From a virus (taxonomy: Duplodnaviria; Caudoviricetes), in the IMG/VR virus record IMGVR_UViG_2593339199_000003, positions 32,001-96,000 of that record: 64,000 bases of DNA, one strand, 5' to 3'. The position numbers and the translations under genes are program-made. This document shows positions 1-8,615 of this stretch, in pieces. The notes beneath the pieces are model-generated. The model did no database searches. It was not told the origin of the DNA and saw only the letters and a list, made by a program, of their open reading frames with translations. The stretch's first letter is position 1, and every line of letters begins with the position of its first letter.

Positions 1-302
1 TGCGTTGTTTCCAGCTCCGCGATGTTCGCTTCCATTGTGGCCAGGTAACCCTGGTTCTGCTCCAAGCGCTTGGTGGCTTGAACGATCTGCGGGTGCGCCG
101 TGTCACCGCCGTACTTGTCGAGCATGGTCAGGATCAATTCGTTTTCGTCGATCGTATTCTCCCTGAGATCATTCGCGTTACCCCGGATTTTGCCGAGCAG
201 CGTTTCCACGCGCAGCTTGTTGACCGTCATGCGGGCAACGAAGTCCCGCAAGAATGCTTGCTGCTCCTGCGGCGTGGTCGATTGAATCTTGATTTCATCC
301 AC
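1..302 (-). CDS. Hypothetical helical/coiled-coil protein, truncated at the window edge (not in ORF track)
   Basis: AGGAG RBS at 311-315, GTG at 302, open frame to the edge: MDEIKIQSTTPQEQQAFLRDFVARMTVNKLRVETLLGKIRGN... Confidence 0.7.
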   Translation of the reverse strand, partial: MDEIKIQSTTPQEQQAFLRDFVARMTVNKLRVETLLGKIRGNANDLRENTIDENELILTMLDKYGGDTAHPQIVQATKRLEQNQGYLATMEANIAELETT

Positions 303-313
303 GTTAAACACTC

Positions 314-1405
314 CTATCCTTGATATATGAGCGAAGCATAGCGGCGGCCGGCCTCTGGCGTCGATTCGACGCTGTACGAGAAGTCCGGGATGAACTCGTA
401 GAACTTCGTTCCCTTGAAGGAGGAATGTTTGTTCTTTCCGAACTTCGCCTCGATAACCGGCATCTTCGCATCGCTGTCTTCCTGCAGCCAGTAAATCTGC
501 GCATTTTCTTCCTTCACGCCAACCTCGTTGAACATAAGCACGATCAGCGTGGCTTCATACTGCAGCGTAATCGTATCCTTGAGGTCATCGACTGTTGGCC
601 GGCGCCCGTTGGTTTTACGCAAGTGAGCCGTGCACATGACCGTCGCATTGTATTGCGTGGACCAGCTCTTAATCGTCTTGGCGACATGTTCGTTGCGGGC
701 ATCGTTGTTGTTGAAGTTGATGCTCTCGACGGTGATATCGTTGAAGGAGTCAATGGCGATGACGATCTTCGTGCCTTCAGGCTTGGTCATCAGCACCATC
801 TTGAGATGCTCCTCCAGCCCTTCGAGCGACGTCGTGTAATTGGAATCAAACATGCCGAAACGGTCCATCCGACGGTACATGTTCTTCATGCCCTCGTTAC
901 GCTTCTCCATGATCTTCGGATCCTCGGCAAAGCGCTCCGGCGTCTTCGCCTGGGCGATCGTGATCTGTTGGTCACAGGCGATGTAACGCGGCATGAGCTC
1001 GTTGTTCGAGTCATCAAGGGAGTGGTAGGACACGTATACGTTATCATTGCATTCCGCGACGTCCTTGCTGAGCTGGAGCATAAACGCAGACTTACCAACG
1101 TTCGGCGCGGCGGCAAACAGGATCAGGCCTGGCTGTATACCGCCCTCGAGTCCTTCATCGAACTGCGGGAAGCGGCTGCGGAGTCCACCACGGCTGCCTC
1201 GGCTCCAGGAGTAAGCGTCCATGTTCTGGATGTTCTGAAACATCCGCTGCTCCAGCGGCGACAGCGGCCGGCCAAAGATGGCCTCATGATTGAGGACCTT
1301 CAGCTTGAGCGGGTTGCTTTCCTCGGCTCCGAATATGGAGGTGTCGGTTTGCATCTGCTCGTTGACCTGGCGCATGATATCTGCGAAGTTGATTGATTCT
1401 GACAT
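314..1405 (-). CDS. DnaB-like (SF4) replicative helicase, mainly the RecA-fold domain
   Basis: Walker A ILFAAAPNVGKS, Walker B IAIDS, HLRK...RRPTVDDLKDT..LQYEA motif and GKNK finger; adjacent to a primase. Confidence 0.9.
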   Translation of the reverse strand: MSESINFADIMRQVNEQMQTDTSIFGAEESNPLKLKVLNHEAIFGRPLSPLEQRMFQNIQNMDAYSWSRGSRGGLRSRFPQFDEGLEGGIQPGLILFAAAPNVGKSAFMLQLSKDVAECNDNVYVSYHSLDDSNNELMPRYIACDQQITIAQAKTPERFAEDPKIMEKRNEGMKNMYRRMDRFGMFDSNYTTSLEGLEEHLKMVLMTKPEGTKIVIAIDSFNDITVESINFNNNDARNEHVAKTIKSWSTQYNATVMCTAHLRKTNGRRPTVDDLKDTITLQYEATLIVLMFNEVGVKEENAQIYWLQEDSDAKMPVIEAKFGKNKHSSFKGTKFYEFIPDFSYSVESTPEAGRRYASLIYQG

Positions 1406-1423
1406 GGCTATCTCCTCTCTGCT

Positions 1424-2512
1424 TTATCTGCGTGTTGGTTTGGCTGCCGGCTTCCGGAACAGCGGACAGGTTTCGCCCTCGCATACACCGCTCAGCCTGT
1501 GATAGGTTTCGCAGCCATAGCGGTATTGCCCGTCATAAACTGAGTTGACGACGACTTCGATGTCGTTGCTCCGAAGCGGTGGAACGCAGTTTTCCTCTCC
1601 CCATTGCACCATGCGGGCGAGTGCCTCTTCCCGCTCCGTCCCGCGCTGCATTAAGAAGCTAGTCAGGGCCGTAGCAGAGTTGTTTCGTTCATCGATCGTC
1701 TCACGAAAGATCTTCTCAAACATGGTACTGATGCAGGCCGGCAGCTTCTCCAGTTTCATGAGCTTGCCGGAGAACTCTTTGCGGCGCGTCGCCGCCTGCG
1801 ACCATTTCTCGATATATTTATCCAAGGCGAGCTTTGCTTTTGGACTTGTGATCGTTGTCGGCTTCTGGATCTCCCTCGGAAACTGGGCCAGGAAGCGGAT
1901 CTCCTCGAGCGAAAGCTTGCACAGTTCTTCGTAGGTTATCGGAATCTTAAAGCGCTGCCCCTTGTAGTTCCAGGTGTTGATCATCCGGAACATCCGCTTG
2001 TCGTCATAAATTTTCACGTCCAGCGTTTTAAAGAGCGTGTATTTGGCGATATCGGTGGCGATATCCTTATAGATTTTGTTCAGTGAAACATGTGGCGTCA
2101 GGCCGAGCACCTGGGCATCCACCGTCAAATGAATGCCCTTGCTGCCAGAGAAGAACAGGTTGATCTGCGTAGGATCAACCGACAGGATAACCTTGAGATA
2201 ACGTATGGCCGTCTGGACGTCCGAGCGGATCTTATCGAAGTCGTCGTCGCTTTCCAGCGGATAGTCGAAGTCCAAATAGAAGTCTCCGTATTTCAGTGAG
2301 TCCGGCGCATTGATGATCCACTTACCCCGGGAGTTGTGCATCCAGATGGGGTTGATGTAGCGCATCACGGTTTCGTATACGCCAGCATTGTTGTACTGCT
2401 TGCGAAATTGCTCTGCGTATTCGACCGGCATGAAGTGCTTGCGGGTGAATTGAAACTTCGGATCCCGATTCCAAGGCAGATCGGCGCCGCATTCGATAAA
2501 AACTTGATCCAC
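1424..2512 (-). CDS. Archaeo-eukaryotic primase (AEP) with C-terminal PriCT/PriL-like Cys domain
   Basis: Motif I FYLDFD, motif II FSGSKGIH, motif III LDVKIYDDKRMFR; C-terminal LPAC...RNN...PPL...YGC...VC...TCP. Confidence 0.85.
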   Translation of the reverse strand: MDQVFIECGADLPWNRDPKFQFTRKHFMPVEYAEQFRKQYNNAGVYETVMRYINPIWMHNSRGKWIINAPDSLKYGDFYLDFDYPLESDDDFDKIRSDVQTAIRYLKVILSVDPTQINLFFSGSKGIHLTVDAQVLGLTPHVSLNKIYKDIATDIAKYTLFKTLDVKIYDDKRMFRMINTWNYKGQRFKIPITYEELCKLSLEEIRFLAQFPREIQKPTTITSPKAKLALDKYIEKWSQAATRRKEFSGKLMKLEKLPACISTMFEKIFRETIDERNNSATALTSFLMQRGTEREEALARMVQWGEENCVPPLRSNDIEVVVNSVYDGQYRYGCETYHRLSGVCEGETCPLFRKPAAKPTRR

Positions 2513-2515
2513 TCG

Positions 2516-3190
2516 TTATTCCTCCTTCCGGACGATCTTGTTGATCCCTTCCTGAATGTGAACGTTCTTCTTGCCCTCGATGAACTTCCGCGCATCGTCC
2601 ATGTAGCGCTCGAGATCGAACGCATTGCGAAGCGGGAGCAGCTGCATCTCCGCCCGCATGGAGCGGGCCACGTCAATGGCAAACAGCAACTCGTCGATGT
2701 TATAGATGCCAAGCAGGTACTTGAACTTGCCCTCGTCCTGCCGGCGCATATGGTCGTTCGGCGTGATACCGTTCGTCTTGTACCAATACTCCTGCAGTTC
2801 GTCCATCGTGAAGCGCTTCTTGATTTCCAGGTAGAAGCTCTCCTCGATCCGCTTCACGACGCCATCCTTGATACTGATGCGCGGCGCCGGCGGTACGTTG
2901 CGCAGGACGTTGTGATAATAAAACACATCCGGCTCGATCAAATTATTCGGCGGCTTCTTGTTTCCGATGATCTCCTCCAGGTGATACACCCTCTTTACGA
3001 GCTCGGGATGAATGCGGGCGAACTCGCTGATCTCGAATTGCAGATCATGGATTGTCCATCCCGCCTCCGTCGCCTTGCGAATCGAAGCTGTCGCGCGCTG
3101 CAGCCGTGCAAGCATGGCTTCATCGGTGCCGATTGCTTGCACGGCCTGGAACACGAACCATTCGGCGAGCTGATAGATTTGTTCCTCCAT
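2516..3190 (-). CDS. Hypothetical protein in the replication operon
   Basis: 224-aa ORF tightly packed between SSAP and primase; no motif recognised. Confidence 0.75.
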   Translation of the reverse strand: MEEQIYQLAEWFVFQAVQAIGTDEAMLARLQRATASIRKATEAGWTIHDLQFEISEFARIHPELVKRVYHLEEIIGNKKPPNNLIEPDVFYYHNVLRNVPPAPRISIKDGVVKRIEESFYLEIKKRFTMDELQEYWYKTNGITPNDHMRRQDEGKFKYLLGIYNIDELLFAIDVARSMRAEMQLLPLRNAFDLERYMDDARKFIEGKKNVHIQEGINKIVRKEE

Positions 3191-3201
3191 CTGCTGGCCC
3201 C

Positions 3202-4455
3202 CTATGCCGTGAACTTCTCAAGGAAATCGTTAAACCCCTTGAGGGAGTCTGGTGTCAGATCCTGCAGCGTGGCCGTTTCACTCTTGAGGAAATCGCGGAT
3301 ATACGGATTAAGCTGGTCGTCTGTTGCGAGCTTCAGCCGCTGACGATGCGTATGCGTCCGCATGATCTCCGCTTGATTCCATTCAGTCGGGATGGCGCTT
3401 GGGCCTTGGTCGGCCGGCGCGGCTTGCTCCGCTTGTGCAGGAGGACCATACTGCGTAGCTTGCGGCTGTGCCTGATAACCCTGCGGCTGTACGTTCCCTT
3501 GCGGCTGCACGTCCCCTTGCGGCTGTGCGCTTGCCTGCGGCTGTGCTTGGTAGCCCTGCTCCTGCGCGGTGTTTGGCTGCTGCGGCATGTTCTGTTTGTC
3601 CCACTGCGCAGCTTCCGGTGTGCCTTCGTTATGCGGGTTGAACGGGAAGTCATTCGGATTCATCTCGAAGTTTCCGTTGGCCTGCTGATTCACGTCTACT
3701 GCCCAGGATTGTTGCTGCTGTTGCCCTCCCCAACCATTTTGCTGTTGGTTAGGAAAGGGCACTACGTTTCCCGAGTTCTGTCCACCATAACCAGATTGAT
3801 CCCAGCCGCCCTGCTGCTGCTGGTATCCGCCTTGCTGGCCCCATCCTTGTTGTTGCTGACCGCCATAGCCTTGCTGCTGTTGCTGGTTGCCCCATTGCTG
3901 CTGGCCTTGCTGTTGCTGCTGGTACCCGCCCTGTGGCTGACCGAACTGGTAATTCGGATCTTGCTGCATCTGGCTATACTGCTGATCGTCTTCCATATCG
4001 ACTTTAATCTTCGAGTAGATTTCTTCGCCGACACCGAACATCGAGGCGCATTTAACGAGACAGTTGGACGCCGCGGCTTTGTACGCCGAGTCCTGATTGT
4101 CCTTGCCGCCAATCGCGATCTTACATCCGTACTGCTCGCGGTATCCGAGGCCCGGGATGAACAGATAGCCTTTGACGTGATACACGTAGCCGTCGAACGT
4201 CCAGTTCGTGGTGTTCTTCTCGTTGCGGTATACTTCCTCCCGCCACTGATGAAGCAGGCCGGAATCCCAATATGTAACTCCGTCTACCGTATGATCGAGA
4301 ATCTGGCGGACCGTGTTGACCCCCATGTATTTGCTGTCCGGCTTGTTGCGGCCGCCTGGCTTCGTTTCGAGCCATTCGTCCTTACAAGCCTTCAGCGATT
4401 TTCTCATGCTGCTAATCTGCTCTAGCGACGGCAGATATTTTTCAATGACTTGCAT
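3202..4455 (-). CDS. Rad52/Rad22-like single-strand annealing protein with Gln/Gly-rich linker
   Basis: Y(M)GVNTVRQILD...REQYG...SAYKAAASNCLVKCASMFGVGEEIY resembles the Rad52/Sak core. GAGGAG RBS favours ATG 4455 over the track start 4506. Confidence 0.8.
   Translation of the reverse strand: MQVIEKYLPSLEQISSMRKSLKACKDEWLETKPGGRNKPDSKYMGVNTVRQILDHTVDGVTYWDSGLLHQWREEVYRNEKNTTNWTFDGYVYHVKGYLFIPGLGYREQYGCKIAIGGKDNQDSAYKAAASNCLVKCASMFGVGEEIYSKIKVDMEDDQQYSQMQQDPNYQFGQPQGGYQQQQQGQQQWGNQQQQQGYGGQQQQGWGQQGGYQQQQGGWDQSGYGGQNSGNVVPFPNQQQNGWGGQQQQQSWAVDVNQQANGNFEMNPNDFPFNPHNEGTPEAAQWDKQNMPQQPNTAQEQGYQAQPQASAQPQGDVQPQGNVQPQGYQAQPQATQYGPPAQAEQAAPADQGPSAIPTEWNQAEIMRTHTHRQRLKLATDDQLNPYIRDFLKSETATLQDLTPDSLKGFNDFLEKFTA
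3455..3960 (-). repeat. Low-complexity Gln/Gly-rich coding repeats (QQQQG, QPQGxV units)
   Basis: Degenerate tandem units, e.g. QPQGDVQPQGNVQPQGYQAQPQ and GGYQQQQ. Confidence 0.7.
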
Positions 4456-4511
4456 GCTTTCATCTCCTCGCTGTTTTATTATGCCGCAAGTTGCAACATA
4501 GTTCAAGGATA

Positions 4512-4533
4512 ATAATGTAATGCATTACATTAT
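4512..4533. promoter_or_regulatory. Perfect 22-bp palindrome ATAATGTAATGCATTACATTAT, probable operator
   Basis: Exact inverted repeat directly downstream of the -10 of the replication-operon promoter; its core recurs elsewhere in the window. Confidence 0.75.
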
Positions 4534-4534
4534 A

Positions 4535-4563
4535 ATAGTAACATGCGGGAGTCGCTATGGCAA
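4535..4563 (-). promoter_or_regulatory. SigmaA-type promoter of the replication module
   Basis: Minus strand TTGCCA-17 bp-TACTAT with extended TG, located just after a terminator. Confidence 0.7.
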
Positions 4564-4574
4564 GCTTAGACACG

Positions 4575-4619
4575 AAAAAACACGAGGTTTCTTGAGATTA
4601 CTCAAGATCCCTCGTGTTT
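4575..4619 (-). terminator. Rho-independent terminator ending the structural/lysis transcript
   Basis: Stem AAACACGAGG..TCTTGAG / CTCAAGA..CCTCGTGTTT followed by a T run on the minus strand. Confidence 0.8.
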
Positions 4620-4634
4620 ACTCTGATTTTCGTT

Positions 4635-4928
4635 TTAAGCCTTCGCTTCTGCGGACTTGAAGATGCCGACCAAGTTGTAGAATTTGACGGCAATATCGAT
4701 GCAGCGTTCGGCGATCGCCATAACGTACTCCTTGGATACTTCCATCGTCATGACTTTAGCCAGCTCGTCATAAGCGCCGGCAACCGAATCGAGCACGGCT
4801 TGCTTCTTCGCGTCGCCATTGCCATCGACCTCGAAAGCTTTGACCAGTTCCAGGACCAGGATCAGGATGCCCGGCGTAACGGTCAGGTACTGCAGGATAG
4901 ATTTAAGCTTCTTGCTCATCGTCTCCAC
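4635..4928 (-). CDS. Small protein with hydrophobic N-terminus next to the holin (possible lysis accessory)
   Basis: 97 aa, ILQYLTVTPGILILVLELV; start could be ATG 4919. Confidence 0.6.
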   Translation of the reverse strand: METMSKKLKSILQYLTVTPGILILVLELVKAFEVDGNGDAKKQAVLDSVAGAYDELAKVMTMEVSKEYVMAIAERCIDIAVKFYNLVGIFKSAEAKA

Positions 4929-5424
4929 TCTCCTTTTTACTTCTGGTGCGCGATGAAGTCGCGCGTTTTTGCTTCGCGTTGATTTCCGACTGAACGCTCT
5001 TGATGATGGCTTTCGGTATCCATTTCTCCCATCCGGCGCGGACGGAGTTTGCGGTTAAGCTGTTCCAGGTATGAAAGATAAGGCCGGATGTGACGCCGTA
5101 AAAGAAGACGCCTGGAGTGTGAAAGACGAAATCCAGCATATTAGCTGCTGCCGGGAAACATAGGATGAAGATCGTCCGGAGAATACCATTGATCCCGTAT
5201 TCAGAAGCATAGCTGCCGTCCTTTTTGGAAGCTGCGACACCGCTGATCCAATCCATAAAGATGAAAAATGCATAGATTCCGATTAAGGACATTCGGTCCT
5301 CCCCACTCCCGTAAATAACTTCAGCCCCTGATCCGATAAGGGCACCGAGCGCAGCGATGACTAGCTTTACGGGCGTGACGATGCTTTCGACATCAAAGGG
5401 TTTGTTGGTGATAAAACGCTGCAT
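4903..5424 (-). CDS. Phage holin (toxin secretion/phage lysis holin-like family)
   Basis: Several TM segments; FMDWISGVAASKKDGSYASEYGINGILR motif; basic C-terminus. Confidence 0.8.
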   Translation of the reverse strand: MQRFITNKPFDVESIVTPVKLVIAALGALIGSGAEVIYGSGEDRMSLIGIYAFFIFMDWISGVAASKKDGSYASEYGINGILRTIFILCFPAAANMLDFVFHTPGVFFYGVTSGLIFHTWNSLTANSVRAGWEKWIPKAIIKSVQSEINAKQKRATSSRTRSKKESGDDEQEA

Positions 5425-5440
5425 TGAACCTGCCTCCCTT

Positions 5441-6682
5441 CTATCTGGAATAATTGATCTTTACTGCGTGCAGACAAGGGTTTACGCCATTGTAAGGGAT
5501 CAGTTTCGTTCTGACCCACAGCCGCACAGCAGACTGGCCGGACCATTCGGTGTTACGGATGGGTGTCAGCATGCCGTCATCCATTTCTTTCAAGATGTCG
5601 TATTCCAGAACTCGTCCTTCAAGATCATGATCCAGATCAATTCCGAATGCCGTGCGATTCAAGAAGACGTGCTCGACGGATTCAATATTGTACAGGCCAT
5701 CCATCTCGAAAGGTGTCAGGATGATACCACCTCCCGGCTCGAATAATGAGAGGAAGACGCCGATCTCTTGTGCGCCCAAGATGAAGACCTTCTTCCCATT
5801 TATATCAAGGGGATTCTTCTGGACGAGCGTGACCCGAATCTTCTGCACCGGCACGCTGCTGAATACCCAGCGCTTGCGCGGCGAATATTCGTAGCTGCTG
5901 ATGGCAGCCAGATCCTGCTGAAGGAAGCCGTCAATCTGCTGCCAGGCATTCTGGTACTGGATCTCGACATTCTTGATTTGTACGCCCCGCTCCGGATGCG
6001 GATGGATCGTAATCTCATTGATGTTCAAGTTGTTCACGAGATGGCTCGGAAGCGTAAGCTCAATGATGACGTCCTCTTGATCCGGGCAGTCGGCGAAGTT
6101 GTAAGTGACCGTCCGCTGCCAGTAAGATTCATTATCCCCGTTGAAGCAGTTCAGCAGGTTGTTGTCTACTACCGTGCCCTTTGTGTTGGTCCGGCCGACC
6201 TTCAATTCAAGCTCACTTGGAATGACGACTTCGCCCGTCTTCTCGTTGACCGTATGCGTCTTCGGGATGAGGTGAATCAGCGGAACCAGCGCGCAGCGGT
6301 TCTGCATGTCGATATCGCATCGCAGCGATGTGTCGCCGTTCTCTTGGGAGATATTCGGATAGGCTGCCGTCATGTCATGGATGAAGCCGGTCTTAAAGAA
6401 GATCGGATCATACGGCGCAGAAGCCTCCATGTTCAGCAGCTTCGTTTCGAGGTCGCCCATTCGGCGCTCGAGCATCATGATGTAGTTGCCGAGCGCCGTG
6501 TTCTCCGCGAGCACGATCTGATGCGCCTCCGTGAGACTCTGGAGATTTTGGTTACTCTGTCGATACAGCTCCACCATCTCCAAGTATTTGTCGTCTTCAT
6601 TCTGGTTGTAGGCTTGGGAAGAAGTGGGGCCGCGAAAGCGGGCCCCTCCTCCTTTACTGGTAGGCATTCTCATAGCGACCAT
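5441..6682 (-). CDS. Virion structural protein (paralog family, coiled coil plus beta-sandwich)
   Basis: AAGGAG RBS favours ATG 6682; N-terminal RFRGPTSSQAYN motif shared with neighbours; NCFNGDNESYW discoidin-like motif. Confidence 0.65.
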   Translation of the reverse strand: MVAMRMPTSKGGGARFRGPTSSQAYNQNEDDKYLEMVELYRQSNQNLQSLTEAHQIVLAENTALGNYIMMLERRMGDLETKLLNMEASAPYDPIFFKTGFIHDMTAAYPNISQENGDTSLRCDIDMQNRCALVPLIHLIPKTHTVNEKTGEVVIPSELELKVGRTNTKGTVVDNNLLNCFNGDNESYWQRTVTYNFADCPDQEDVIIELTLPSHLVNNLNINEITIHPHPERGVQIKNVEIQYQNAWQQIDGFLQQDLAAISSYEYSPRKRWVFSSVPVQKIRVTLVQKNPLDINGKKVFILGAQEIGVFLSLFEPGGGIILTPFEMDGLYNIESVEHVFLNRTAFGIDLDHDLEGRVLEYDILKEMDDGMLTPIRNTEWSGQSAVRLWVRTKLIPYNGVNPCLHAVKINYSR

Positions 6683-8615
6683 ATCTCCTTTCCATCTCTC
6701 CGAGACGTTCATCCATCATCTGCATGCGAGATTTCAGATCAAAGATCCCTGACATCTTCTGTTCTTCCACGCTGAGGGTGACTGTATAAGAAACCAACAT
6801 TATTCCGTTTTGTAATGCATTACGTTCGATTATGAGGTAACCGTCAGAAATATGGAACTGGCCGTCGGCTACTCTTTCTCCATTTAATTGTATCACAAGG
6901 CCTGTATACTGGCTTTCCGGGGTGCCGGGGTTCAGCGGATATGCAGTCTGATCTACAAAAGCTGAGAAGGTTTTTGTTTGAGCAATCGTAATATTTTCTG
7001 CAGGAGCTTCGTTTTCCCCGCGAAACCACGATTCTATTAACGATTGCTGCAACTCCGTAAAGCTGCCGATGTCCACGTATTGCTGGCGGATGTCATAGAT
7101 TTGCTCCTGATGATCACTGAGCACCTTCTCCGATTCCCGCTGACCACGGTAGCGACTGTTGCGCTTCATCGTGTTCGGCAGCTTTGTTGCGTTCTCAGCC
7201 GGGTTATAGATTTCGAGCGGGTACTCCGGTTTCTGCTGCGCGAACCACTTCAGCTCGTAGAAGCGAGTTAGGCTCTGCCCTTGGTCATCCTGAACGACGC
7301 ACTTGATGACAATCGTGTACTTGTTCGTGTCCTTGAAGTCTTGAATGAGCGCCTGCAGGGTATAGTCGGCGCCGGGCCCGCGCGTCAGCGTGTTGCTGTG
7401 CGTCGTCGTCCCGTCCTGGAACTTGAAGCTCTCCCGGCCGACATCGATCGAGAAGCTTTCCGTCGTCCACGTCGACTCCCCACTATTTCGAAACCGAAGC
7501 TTAATGTTGTCCTTGTTCACCGCGTAATCGTTTAGCGTCACAGATGGATTGACTTCAATCTGCTGTGTGCCAAGGTCCAGGAGCAAGGCCTGATCGATTT
7601 CCTTCTTCGGTGCCTCAACAACCGTGATGACAATGGAGTCGTAGGCTTCCTGAGCATCTTCGTTGCGAGCGCCGAATTTGATCTCATACGTGCCGATTCG
7701 GTTGAAGGAGAGGATTGCCGTGCTCTCGTTCTGCGATTGCACGTCCACACCGTAGGGGAAGGTCCACGCGCGCGCGGTGATGATGCCGACCGTCGTCACG
7801 CTGGCATGGAGCTGCAAGCTGCTGCCTTTGAGCAGCTGTTGGCTGTCCTCGACGATATCGACGCTGATCGGATATAAGTCGCGGACGTTCACGATGGCCG
7901 TATCCTGTCCAGTCTGGTTGTCGCTGTTCAGCGCCTGCAGGTTCACCGTGTACGTGCCTGGTTGCGGGAACTCATAGACGGCCTGGGTCATGCCGGCTGA
8001 CTGCTGCACCGCGGCGCTGTCTGCTGACCAGCCGTAGGAAACGATCCCGGCTTCCGTCGTGATCTCGCCGTGCAGCGTGGCCGTGTCACCCTTCTTGATG
8101 TTCAACGTGCTCTCGATGATGTTCACCGTAATGGGATGTATGACTGGCGGATCCGGCGGCGCGGTAGGCGCAGTGTAATCCTCGATGCGGTATTCGGCAT
8201 AGTCTGTCGCGTCCGCATAGCCAATGTACGGCTTCGCATAGTGCGAGTCTGCCTTGGCCTGCGCATACGTCTTTCCGTCCACCCAGCTGCCGATCGCGAC
8301 CGTTAGATTGGATGCGTTCGGGCCGGTGCGCGTGACGTCTTTCACCCAGGACTTCGCGCCGTTATCATAGACGTAGGCAATCGCTAGAATGCCTCCGAAC
8401 TTAGAGCCGGGGCTCGATGGCGGAGGTGCGAAGTTGACAAAGCGCAGCGTAAGATTGTCTGCACTTTTAATCTGCGGGATGATCGTCGAGCCATCCCCGG
8501 CGACGATCCCGGTGCTTCCTTGAATATCGGTGAAGTCTACTTCCACCGGGAAATTGTTGGCATCATCTAAATAAATAAGAGCTTTCTGTATGCTCGCCAT
8601 GCCTTGCCACCTCAT
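6654..8615 (-). CDS. PKD/Ig-like domain structural protein
   Basis: Two PKD-like repeats (IVSYGWS...FPQPGTYTVNL; ARAWTF...FNRIGTYEIKF); C-terminal paralog-family motif; start 8615 or 8600. Confidence 0.7.
   Translation of the reverse strand: MRWQGMASIQKALIYLDDANNFPVEVDFTDIQGSTGIVAGDGSTIIPQIKSADNLTLRFVNFAPPPSSPGSKFGGILAIAYVYDNGAKSWVKDVTRTGPNASNLTVAIGSWVDGKTYAQAKADSHYAKPYIGYADATDYAEYRIEDYTAPTAPPDPPVIHPITVNIIESTLNIKKGDTATLHGEITTEAGIVSYGWSADSAAVQQSAGMTQAVYEFPQPGTYTVNLQALNSDNQTGQDTAIVNVRDLYPISVDIVEDSQQLLKGSSLQLHASVTTVGIITARAWTFPYGVDVQSQNESTAILSFNRIGTYEIKFGARNEDAQEAYDSIVITVVEAPKKEIDQALLLDLGTQQIEVNPSVTLNDYAVNKDNIKLRFRNSGESTWTTESFSIDVGRESFKFQDGTTTHSNTLTRGPGADYTLQALIQDFKDTNKYTIVIKCVVQDDQGQSLTRFYELKWFAQQKPEYPLEIYNPAENATKLPNTMKRNSRYRGQRESEKVLSDHQEQIYDIRQQYVDIGSFTELQQSLIESWFRGENEAPAENITIAQTKTFSAFVDQTAYPLNPGTPESQYTGLVIQLNGERVADGQFHISDGYLIIERNALQNGIMLVSYTVTLSVEEQKMSGIFDLKSRMQMMDERLGEMERRYGRYENAYQ

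Noticed and set aside
4516-4529. Palindrome as a CcpA cre, parS or LexA box
   Set aside because: cre has a central CG (here GC); it does not match TGTTNCACGTGAAACA or CGAAC-N4-GTTCG
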